A stretch of DNA of 64,000 nucleotides, from the IMG/VR virus record IMGVR_UViG_3300021399_000002, positions 1 to 64,000 of that record; one strand, given 5' to 3'. This document shows positions 56,575 to 64,000 of this stretch, piece by piece. The stretch's first letter is position 1, and each line of letters starts with the position of its first letter. The DNA comes from a virus. Taxonomy: Duplodnaviria; Caudoviricetes. Made by a program: the position numbers and the translations under genes. The notes under the pieces were generated by a model. That model made no database searches. It was not told where the DNA came from and saw only the letters and a list, made by a program, of their open reading frames with translations.

Positions 56575-56650
56575 CGCGGGATAGTGCAGAGGTCTAGCAC
56601 GGTTGGCTCATACCCAACAAGCATGGGTTCAAATCCCATTCCCGCCACCA
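56575..56650 (+). tRNA. tRNA-Met(CAU), initiator-like
   Basis: CGCGGG start with a 1:72 mismatch; CT-CAT-AC; CCA encoded. Confidence 0.85.
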
Positions 56651-56689
56651 ACTCAGAGCAAATGTGTGGCTAGCAACCTACTGCTATAT

Positions 56690-56760
56690 GGCCTCTTAGC
56701 TCAGTGGTAGAGCGGGCGGCTGTTAACCGCTTGATGGGAGTCCGATTCTCTCAGAGGCCG
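56690..56760 (+). tRNA. tRNA-Asn(GUU)
   Basis: Loop CT-GTT-AA. Confidence 0.85.
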
Positions 56761-56949
56761 CTCGTGCTTTGATGACCAAATGTAGCTTGGCAGTAAATAA
56801 ATATTAATGCAGATGTGGGGTTATGATGTAAGCCTTTACCTTAAAAGACGAATTTCCACAGATACAGACCTGTGGCATAAGGCTATTGACCTGAAATGAA
56901 AGGTGTCGCCCTGGCAGATGGCAAGTTCGAAATAGTCTGCCGATTTTAT

Positions 56950-57026
56950 GCCCTATTGGTGTAATTGGTTAGCACAGTACCCTTTCAAGGTGCAGACGTG
57001 GAGTTCAAATCTCCCATAGGGTACCA
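56950..57026 (+). tRNA. tRNA-Glu(UUC)
   Basis: Loop CT-TTC-AA; CCA. Confidence 0.8.
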
Positions 57027-57182
57027 ATGTAGAGCTGACTACATAGCATTGGGTCCGGAACTGATGCATCAGCCCGAAAAACCTGATAACTAGTGTCATG
57101 GTTAGACACGGCGTGTGTTAGGTATGGTTATGAAAGCACGCAACAAATCCTAGAAATAGGTCGGGGTAGCTCCCCGTTTTAT

Positions 57183-57254
57183 ACCTGGTTCGGCTAACGG
57201 TCAGGCCACTTGTCTCTCAAGCAAGAAATATGGGTTCAATTCCCGTACTAGGTA
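57183..57254 (+). tRNA. tRNA-Glu(CUC)
   Basis: Loop CT-CTC-AA. Confidence 0.8.
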
Positions 57255-57474
57255 TGACGTATGTAGCAAAACGCCTCCGGCTCAGCCGAAAAGCGCGCTA
57301 CGCAGCGAGAAAAACGTGCGCTCGCAACCGTTAACACGGATTTAGCACTTAAACTACCACCGGCACGATTGGGAGGAGTGTTTATGAATGAACTTTCTAA
57401 ACGATACTCCATAATCAAACGTGATATGTGGCTTAGCGACAAACGGTATAAAAGAAGCGAAGTAAAGTGCAAAT

Positions 57475-57534
57475 TAGGCGCGAACAGCAAACTTTTATAA
57501 GAACATTTTTGCTTAAAAATATTTTATGCGCCTA
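57475..57534 (+). ncRNA. Minimal member of the CAGCA-stem RNA family (3)
   Basis: TAGGCGCGAACAGCAA..TGCGCCTA. Confidence 0.5.
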
Positions 57535-57544
57535 GAAGTTTTGG

Positions 57545-58310
57545 TAGTATGCGCCGTTGTACCGCTCAGAGCTTGCTCTGGTCGAGGTATTCTACCATAT
57601 GAAACGGACGTCGCGCGATTGCTGACGACTGAGACGCGCGCGTAATAAATGTCGGAACAAGTCGTAAATACTACTTTTGTAATCGGCTTACATGGCTAGA
57701 TTACGCCAAGCATCGAAAGGTTTGGAAATCCAAGGCGGAAATAACACACCGTGCATCGAAAATAGTCGAGAAATACGAATGATACGATGGTATGCCTTTG
57801 CCTTGACTGCAAAGGTGGGAAGGGACTCCAAGTGGAAGGTAACGACTTCAGGACGCTTCCTAGTAAAAAGACCGTGAAACTCGGTAGATGGATTTTAAGT
57901 AGTTTAAATGGCGCGTGCTTAATGAGTACACGCTTTGCATGAGGTAAATGCCAGTGTCGAGAATGGCGCTGAATACTAGTTGCATTTTCCTTGGTAATCT
58001 CCAGTATGAGAAAAAACTATCGTTTGGGCTGGCTGTAAGGCCCTTGGTCCACCCCTACGCCGGACACCGTTGAGATGTGCAGCAATCGCGCCGTTGAGAC
58101 GTGCAGTAACCGCGCCGTAGATGAGTTTCTCTTGACTCTGGGCGGTTCCCCTAAATAAGATTACTTCCCAATACAGAAAAACCGGGCGTTTCTAGAGCGC
58201 AATGATAGTGCGGTAAGGGTTGCATACTATCAGATTTACAGGAGTGATGAGAAGCTACTTCACTTAATACTCTGCTTGGCCATGGACGCATGGCGAACAA
58301 ATCCTGTATT
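57545..58310 (+). ncRNA. Candidate large structured ncRNA (GOLLD/ROOL-like context)
   Basis: ~760 nt, GC-elevated, no credible ORF, many hairpins, lies between tRNAs. Confidence 0.4.
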
Positions 58311-58314
58311 TTAT

Positions 58315-58399
58315 GCCCGAGTGGTGGAATAGGCAGACACACCGCACTTAAAATGCGGAGCTGTATAGCGTGCCGGTTCAAGTCCGGCCCCGGGCACCA
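58315..58399 (+). tRNA. tRNA-Leu(UAA)
   Basis: CT-TAA-AA; long variable arm; CCA. Confidence 0.9.
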
Positions 58400-58804
58400 A
58401 ATTTACGCCAAAAGGCGTTATTTTTATATAGGAGAAAATTAAAATGAAATTAAAAATATTAGTTTTCTTTATTATATTATTATTCATATTATTTTATCCT
58501 TCTATCGCTTATTAAGGAGTAATACAATGGAAGCAATTATCTCTACTTTTTTTGAAACTACAGATTTAGGAATAATTTTATTTGGTAGTATATTATTCAT
58601 TATTGTAATAATTGAATTTTTTAATCATAAGCCAAAATTTTAATATTTGACTTATAATAAAAATTTTGTTATAATAATTATGTACCAAGGGGAGAGATCC
58701 CGAGAAAGAAGAAACTTTCTTGTACGCCGCCAATGAGTGTCATTTTTAGGCGGGATATAAATTGAACTCCAGGGAGTATTAGGAATGACTAACTTCTCCC
58801 ATTT

Positions 58805-58879
58805 GCCTCCATCGTACAACGGCAAGTACGCTACATTCGTAATGTAGCTATGGCGGTCCGAATCCGTCTGGAGGCTCCA
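58805..58879 (+). tRNA. tRNA-Thr(CGU)
   Basis: TT-CGT-AA; CCA. Confidence 0.8.
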
Positions 58880-58903
58880 TTAAAAAAATCTGAAAGGAAA
58901 ATT

Positions 58904-59125
58904 ATGAAAAAGATTTATGTAGTTTTTATTGAGCGATATACTGATTGTGAATGTAGAAATTGGCGTATAGAAAGAGAATATGTAAAAACGGATAATATCG
59001 CAACATATATTGAATTGAAGAAATCTCAGATTGAATCTCGTAGCTATTGGTGGATGGATTATTGTAAGGGCGCGGATGACCGGCCCGATGTTAAAGCAGA
59101 AGAGCTTGAGATTAAAGTATTTTAA
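58904..59125 (+). CDS. Hypothetical protein
   Basis: GAAAGGA RBS; MKKIYVVFI. Confidence 0.7.
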   Translation: MKKIYVVFIERYTDCECRNWRIEREYVKTDNIATYIELKKSQIESRSYWWMDYCKGADDRPDVKAEELEIKVF

Positions 59126-59318
59126 TATACCAACGGACAAGGCTTAGGCGCATGACAATATCAGCGAAGAGGAAGAGGAAGCGTAAGCGTTATTAACCTA
59201 TAAGTGATATTGAACAGAGCGGTGGGACGCGAGTGGTTGGTAATTATATGGAACTAATCTATCCAGAGTTCCTGCGGTTCAAGGATAGGGTTTTGCGGCA
59301 CCTTAGACCGCATAATAT

Positions 59319-59425
59319 GGGATGTGATGCCAGTTCAGGGTACTGGATGAGGTAAACCGCAAGGTGATCACATAAGGGTAATGCAAAAACCGCCCGCTGG
59401 AGTTCAAATCTCCCACATTCCACCA
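59319..59425 (+). ncRNA. Aberrant tRNA-like RNA with 8-bp acceptor and 4-bp T-stem
   Basis: GGGATGTG/CACATTCC-ACCA; D-stem CCAGT/ACTGG; GGAG-TTCAAAT-CTCC. Confidence 0.55.
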
Positions 59426-59432
59426 TTAATAT

Positions 59433-59518
59433 GCGTCGGTAGTCCGTAGAAGGTAGCGGGTGGGTCTGTAAAACCCATGTCAATGACTCGGATGGTTCGA
59501 TCCCATCCCGGCGCACCA
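59433..59518 (+). tRNA. tRNA-Tyr(GUA)
   Basis: CT-GTA-AA; variable arm; CCA. Confidence 0.85.
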
Positions 59519-59598
59519 AATTGTTGTTCAGCTGACAACCCAGTGGATGGATTTGACGCATTCCGTGCTACTACTGCGAGAGGGTTCGCGCACCACGA

Positions 59599-59704
59599 GC
59601 CCATGAAGGTAGCACATTATCTCATGTACCAAGTGTACAAGGAGTTTTCGGGTGCGCGAAAGCGCATCTTGTGTCCAAATTAAGTTCGAATCTTAATATG
59701 GGCC
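59599..59704 (+). ncRNA. Aberrant tRNA-like RNA with oversized variable arm
   Basis: GCCCATG/TATGGGC; T-arm TTAAG-TTCGAAT-CTTAA; GGGTGCGC-GAAA-GCGCATCT. Confidence 0.5.
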
Positions 59705-59788
59705 CTTTACTTCGCAACCAGAAACGTACTGGCCAATTCCACAAATATTGCGGCAAGTTTTCGGGTTCTTGTTAAAAATCCCGTCCAT

Positions 59789-59862
59789 GCCTCCCTAATC
59801 CAAATGGCAGAGATAGCGCGCTAAGAACGCGTCCAGTGTGAGTTCGAATCTCACGAGAGGTA
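59789..59862 (+). tRNA. tRNA-Leu(AAG), short variable loop
   Basis: GCGCG-CT-AAG-AA-CGCGT. Confidence 0.75.
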
Positions 59863-59996
59863 CTTACGCCAGACCAAGGCCGTTCAAGAGGAAACAAGGA
59901 ACCCAGTTTCCATGGTCTATGCCTATGGTAAACGCATTAATTACGTAATAGGCGTCTTGCTCTGAGTAGCTATTACCAAAAGAGACATAGGGACAT

Positions 59997-60068
59997 CTCC
60001 GGCTAGTCTAAGGGATAGGACACATGGCTACGGACTATGGAATCGGCGTTCAAATCGTCGGCTGGAGA
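59997..60068 (+). tRNA. tRNA-Arg(ACG)
   Basis: CT-ACG-GA. Confidence 0.8.
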
Positions 60069-60111
60069 CTTCACGCGAAAAGCGCTAATTCATTTTGGAG
60101 GTATCTATAAT

Positions 60112-60651
60112 ATGAATGAACCAAGACTAAAGATTCTACCACCATGGACTATTACAATTCGTAAGTTTGAAGCCCTATTTGACGGTGATCCGCAGATTGC
60201 ATGTAATTGTAATTTTGGTGGTGCTACTCCTTCCATTGTGCTAGCTTGTAATGATGGCGATAAGGTTGCCGCTCTTCTACAAATTCTACCTGAAGAAGTA
60301 GATTTTGGTAATGTCAAGCTAAAGGTAATGGTTGATGGAACACCTAGCAACCGCGTCTTTAAGAGTAAGACTGACCTATTTGATACTGCTTTTGCTAAGA
60401 ATCCTGCCTATGCGTATTCTGTTTGTCCTGCTGAGAAAGGTTATCAGTGGATTGGCACTACATATGTTGTATTTAACAACTGTGTTGTACAGTTCGCGGC
60501 CGATAATCTAAATGACTGCCACGGTATCATTAGTACTCTGTATGAAACAATTGCTGGTGAACTTCTAACTGGCCCTGCTACTGAAGGTGTATTTTTTAAT
60601 ACCAATGTTGAGCGTGCTGGTCTGGGAATGCCGCTTGGAGAGTGGCCGTAA
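60112..60651 (+). CDS. Hypothetical phage protein
   Basis: GGAGG RBS before ATG 60112; the longer ORF-track start lies inside a tRNA. Confidence 0.8.
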   Translation: MNEPRLKILPPWTITIRKFEALFDGDPQIACNCNFGGATPSIVLACNDGDKVAALLQILPEEVDFGNVKLKVMVDGTPSNRVFKSKTDLFDTAFAKNPAYAYSVCPAEKGYQWIGTTYVVFNNCVVQFAADNLNDCHGIISTLYETIAGELLTGPATEGVFFNTNVERAGLGMPLGEWP

Positions 60652-60671
60652 TTAACAATTAGGAGAACTAA

Positions 60672-60833
60672 ATGATAGTTGAATTAACAAATCATTGGGT
60701 TGAAACGAGTGGTCAATATGAAATTGAAGGAGTAGAAGAATATAATGATTATTTTCGATTCTACTTCGGCAAGGGTAAATGGTCAAAAAAATATCACATA
60801 CCAACGTATACTTATAGAATTATACAAAAGTGA
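60672..60833 (+). CDS. Small hypothetical protein
   Basis: AGGAG RBS. Confidence 0.55.
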   Translation: MIVELTNHWVETSGQYEIEGVEEYNDYFRFYFGKGKWSKKYHIPTYTYRIIQK

Positions 60834-60932
60834 ATAATTAACAACTAATTGGGAACAAGTTACCGTAGAAGACTTGCGCGATAGCGGACCTGTAACGGGG
60901 AGAGGAGGTCGTAAATATCCACTTTCCGCCAT

Positions 60933-61004
60933 GCCCAGGTAGCCAAATGGAAAGGCTGGAGACTGAAAATCTCCCATGCGGTGGTCCGATTCCACCCCTG
61001 GGCA
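60933..61004 (+). tRNA. tRNA-Phe(GAA)
   Basis: CT-GAA-AA. Confidence 0.85.
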
Positions 61005-61115
61005 CTAAATCCTATAATAGCCAGTGATAGTATGGACACTATGGACGCCCTTTAAAGTTGTTCGCGGTAGTGAGAATAACCTTCGCCGTGGCGAAGTAAA
61101 AGAACCACGGAATAT

Positions 61116-61187
61116 ATCTCTCTGGCGTAATGGTAGCGTAGCAGACTCTTAATCTGTCAGGTAAGGGTTCGAGTCCCTTGGGAGGTA
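61116..61187 (+). tRNA. tRNA-Lys(CUU)
   Basis: CT-CTT-AA. Confidence 0.85.
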
Positions 61188-61191
61188 CTTC

Positions 61192-61263
61192 GCTCGTGTA
61201 GCCAACCGGTAAGGCACTAGACTTTTAATCTAGGTACAGTGGGTTCAATTCCCACCACGGGCA
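61192..61263 (+). tRNA. tRNA-Lys(UUU)
   Basis: CT-TTT-AA. Confidence 0.85.
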
Positions 61264-61282
61264 CAATAAAGGAGGAATTAGT

Positions 61283-61468
61283 ATGGAAGAATTATCTATT
61301 TCTTGGAAGGAATTTATTCATCCAGATATGAATGCAATAAGGCGCAGAGATGAATTTCTTAATTCTAATATATGTGAAAATATTGAATTTATAGATGGAG
61401 AAATTCATGCTGATATAACATATACTCCATTAGTTCAGAGGATAGAACAATCGCCTTCTAAGCGATAA
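61283..61468 (+). CDS. Small hypothetical protein running into tRNA-Arg
   Basis: AGGAGG RBS; last codons overlap the tRNA. Confidence 0.55.
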   Translation: MEELSISWKEFIHPDMNAIRRRDEFLNSNICENIEFIDGEIHADITYTPLVQRIEQSPSKR

Positions 61469-61499
61469 ATCATAGGTTCAAGTCCTATATGGAGTACCA
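61424..61499 (+). tRNA. tRNA-Arg(UCU)
   Basis: ATCGC-CT-TCT-AA-GCGAT; CCA. Confidence 0.85.
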
Positions 61500-61688
61500 T
61501 GCCGCTGTTGTATAAGCATTCTGAGAAAGCAGAGGATGCTAGCCGGTGGCACCAACTTCCCAACATACTGTCATGCGTGGGTGAAATAAGATGAGACAGG
61601 CGTTTCACGATGTCGGCATAAATCGTATATTTGACTTTTTATAAAATTATGTTATAATTATTATAGTAACAGGAAAGGAAGCAAGATT

Positions 61689-61919
61689 ATGAGAAATCCA
61701 AATCGTATTGATAGGTTTTGTGATGAACTTAAAGCAATTTGGCACCAGGTGCCAGATTGGCGCTTTGGGCAACTGATGGAAAATATGCTTGGTGCAAGAC
61801 TTCAGGCAGTATCAAATTCTAATGATTTCTTTTATACTGAGGATGAAGAATTGTTTGCTTTCTTTAAAAATTATATGAATGAGATTATAAAAGAAGGCAG
61901 ACAAAATAAAGATTGGTAA
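61689..61919 (+). CDS. Conserved-looking small phage protein
   Basis: MRNPNRI..W..PDWRFGQL..FYTED; promoter and RBS. Confidence 0.8.
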   Translation: MRNPNRIDRFCDELKAIWHQVPDWRFGQLMENMLGARLQAVSNSNDFFYTEDEELFAFFKNYMNEIIKEGRQNKDW

Positions 61920-62126
61920 TTACGCAATCCACTTGATATGGCTGTGACTACAAGGCGCGGAAAAGTGGCGGTAATCTCTTGCCCAAGTAAGTTGAAACGA
62001 TATATACCCTTGGGATGAAAAGCTTTAATGATGCGAAGATAGAGATATAACGTGAGTTTAGATATGTGTGTGTGTAGTCGGTCTCCCTGTGGCCCGTTAC
62101 GTATGAGTTGACACAGGGGAAGCTTC

Positions 62127-62200
62127 CGAGCATTGGCACAAGAGGTTAGCGCACAGAGCTGATAACTCTGAGGTTCCTAGTTCGATTCTAGGATGCTCGA
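62127..62200 (+). tRNA. tRNA-Ile(GAU)
   Basis: CT-GAT-AA. Confidence 0.85.
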
Positions 62201-62306
62201 CTACTAACGTAAATTCCGTATACGTCCGAATTACTACACAAAACGATGTAGTTGATACGGTAGAGAAAACTACGGCGCTATGCTAAGTAACAACGAAACT
62301 TGGTGA

Positions 62307-62377
62307 AGGAGTGTAAGATAATGGTAGTCGCGCGGTCTCCAAAACCGCTCGTGTTGGTTCGAATCCAGCCGCTCCTG
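62307..62377 (+). tRNA. tRNA-Trp(CCA)
   Basis: GCGGT-CT-CCA-AA-ACCGC. Confidence 0.85.
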
Positions 62378-62381
62378 CTTA

Positions 62382-62445
62382 AAGACTCGTCAGCAACATT
62401 TTTCAAGCATCTGACTGTTAATCTGATTAGCTATAAACGAGTCTT
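62382..62445 (+). ncRNA. Minimal member of the CAGCA-stem RNA family (4) carrying an Asn-like anticodon hairpin
   Basis: AAGACTCGTCAGCAA..ATCTGA-CTGTTAA-TCTGAT..AAACGAGTCTT. Confidence 0.55.
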
Positions 62446-62453
62446 GTTTTTAT

Positions 62454-62527
62454 GCCCTACTACCCCAACTGGCAGAGGGAACTGACTCAAAATCAGTAAA
62501 GTCTCGGTCCGAATCCGAGGTAGGGTA
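62454..62527 (+). tRNA. tRNA-Leu(CAA), short variable loop
   Basis: CT-CAA-AA. Confidence 0.8.
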
Positions 62528-62794
62528 CTTATGTTTATCTTAAATAGGCCCAGTGCGCTAAAGCGATATAATGTTCATGGGTTTCGCGTAATAAGATAAG
62601 CATTGCGCCAAAAAATACAAAGCATTAAGGCGCAATGAGTAAGCTCCTGCTCGTATTATTAAACAATTTATTTATTGGAGCATATTAGTAATTAGAGTGC
62701 GATCGGTAACACTGTAAATAATTCCGAGAAATATAGGAAATGGTTTGATAGCCGGAATTCTGTAATTGGGGTGAGATACCATCCAGTCCTATAT

Positions 62795-62871
62795 GCCAGA
62801 GTAGCAGAAATGGAATATGCTGTTGGCTTAGAACCAGCGTAATTTTGTGGGTTCGACTCCCACCCCTGGTA
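62795..62871 (+). tRNA. tRNA-Leu(UAG), reduced variable region
   Basis: CT-TAG-AA. Confidence 0.8.
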
Positions 62872-62878
62872 CTTTTAT

Positions 62879-62950
62879 GGGGTCGTAGTTTAAAGGTTAG
62901 AATATTCGGTTTGCACCCGTTTGATGTGGTTTCGACTACCACCGGCTCCA
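62879..62950 (+). tRNA. tRNA-Ala(UGC)
   Basis: G3:U70 pair; TT-TGC-AC. Confidence 0.75.
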
Positions 62951-62974
62951 GTATATTATATTTAGGAGAAGAAA

Positions 62975-63151
62975 ATGACTGTTAAAGAATTAATTGATGA
63001 ACTTAATAAATTTGAACCAGAACGCCGTGTATTTTTATATAATCATGGCTCATATGATGAATCTCCAGAAATTTTAGGCTGTTATGATTCTGCATTATAT
63101 GATGAAGATGATAACGAAATAGAAAAAATTGTAGAGTTATATGAATATTAA
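62975..63151 (+). CDS. Small hypothetical protein (MTVKELIDELNKF..)
   Basis: AGGAG RBS; common phage N-terminus. Confidence 0.65.
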   Translation: MTVKELIDELNKFEPERRVFLYNHGSYDESPEILGCYDSALYDEDDNEIEKIVELYEY

Positions 63152-63155
63152 TATA

Positions 63156-63227
63156 GGTTCCAACGCTCGTCGGCCGGGTACGGGTCTGCAAAATCCGCGT
63201 TAGTGAGTTCAACTCTTACTGGAACCT
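63156..63227 (+). tRNA. tRNA-Cys(GCA)
   Basis: CT-GCA-AA; U73. Confidence 0.8.
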
Positions 63228-63249
63228 CAAATTTGTAAAAGAGGTCATT

Positions 63250-63519
63250 ATGAGAATAATTAAAGCTGCAAAAAAGACTGATGAATATATTACAACTTGT
63301 AATAATTGCGGTTCAATATTAGGTATAAAGCGTAATGATTTATCAAATAATGCTATGATAGACGATAATCAGTGTACTGAATGGACTTATTATTGTGGAG
63401 TGTGTCAATGCTGCAATCATTTAAAAGGCTCATTCCGCAAATTATTTCCATGGATAATGGAGGAAGAAAATGATAGGAAATTACAAAGTGATAACTCTGT
63501 GCGGGTCAACACGCTTTAA
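63250..63519 (+). CDS. Zn-ribbon hypothetical protein
   Basis: CNNC..CGVC. Confidence 0.65.
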   Translation: MRIIKAAKKTDEYITTCNNCGSILGIKRNDLSNNAMIDDNQCTEWTYYCGVCQCCNHLKGSFRKLFPWIMEEENDRKLQSDNSVRVNTL

Positions 63520-63778
63520 GGAAGATTTTGAACGCATTAATAAAGAACTTACTTTAGCAGGTAATATTGTTATAAGTGTAGGATGTTTTGGTCATGCTGG
63601 TGATGTATTTACAGATGAAGAAAAAGTAATGTTAGATGATATTCACAAGCGCAAGATTGATATGGCTGATGCTATTTATGTAATCAATAAAGATGGATAT
63701 ATTGGTGAAAGTACAAAAAGTGAAATAAAATATGCTCTTGAGCATAATAAACCGGTACTGTTTATGGAGGCTCCATAA
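63470..63778 (+). CDS. Nucleoside 2-deoxyribosyltransferase-like (DUF4406-like) protein
   Basis: ITLCGSTRF..HKRKIDMADAIYVIN..GYIGEST..EI.YA. Confidence 0.7.
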   Translation: MIGNYKVITLCGSTRFKEDFERINKELTLAGNIVISVGCFGHAGDVFTDEEKVMLDDIHKRKIDMADAIYVINKDGYIGESTKSEIKYALEHNKPVLFMEAP

Positions 63779-63779
63779 T

Positions 63780-64000
63780 ATGAGAAAAGGGCGCGGTATC
63801 GATCACACCTGGGAGATAAGGAAATATTTAGGTGATATAGCTTTATATGCTCATTGTAAATGTGGATTTAATTATGCTTGTTCTTCAAGTAAAAGAAAAT
63901 CAGATGGAAGTTTTAGTTTAGAACAAGAAATAACTAAATTATATCATTATTGTCCATATTGTGGAGCGCATAAAAAATGGTATAATGATATTCCTAGAAA
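63780..64000 (+). CDS. Partial Zn-ribbon protein (runs off the window)
   Basis: GGAGG RBS; HCKC..YCPYCG. Confidence 0.6.
   Translation, partial: MRKGRGIDHTWEIRKYLGDIALYAHCKCGFNYACSSSKRKSDGSFSLEQEITKLYHYCPYCGAHKKWYNDIPR

Noticed and set aside
59520-59704. tmRNA
   Set aside because: GGATTTGAC resembles the tmRNA 5' motif, but the region is too short and has no G3:U70 acceptor or tag ORF.
61424-61499. Second amber suppressor (CTA in the loop)
   Set aside because: The 7-nt loop CTTCTAA centres on TCT, so it is Arg(UCU).

Overview
This window looks like part of a large, AT-rich tailed-phage genome, probably infecting Bacillota (GGAGG RBSs, sigmaA-type TTGACA/TGnTATAAT promoters). It uses genetic code 15 (TAG=Gln). 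Many ORF-track fragments join into single genes across in-frame TAGs, TAG occupies conserved Gln positions, and a CUA-anticodon suppressor tRNA sits at 55157-55242. Layout: (1) 1-6205, early promoter-gene-terminator modules separated by eight copies of a 19-bp palindrome TTAGGTGTTNAACACCTAA, plus two candidate ncRNAs; (2) 6210-10420, a repeat-rich non-coding region, a heavily TAG-recoded SF2 helicase, HTH genes and an iteron-like array; (3) 10480-15860, small hypothetical genes and a Zn deaminase; (4) 15976-54673, recoded tail/receptor-binding genes (including a ~3138-aa LamG/CotH-like/LRR-like protein), lysis genes and a Cys-rich/ferritin-like cluster; (5) 55150-63230, a cluster of ~20 tRNAs interleaved with circularly permuted tRNA-like RNAs in a shared stem scaffold, aberrant tRNA-like folds, pseudoknots and a possible large ncRNA. 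All calls were made by eye; no searches or folding programs were run, and counts are approximate.
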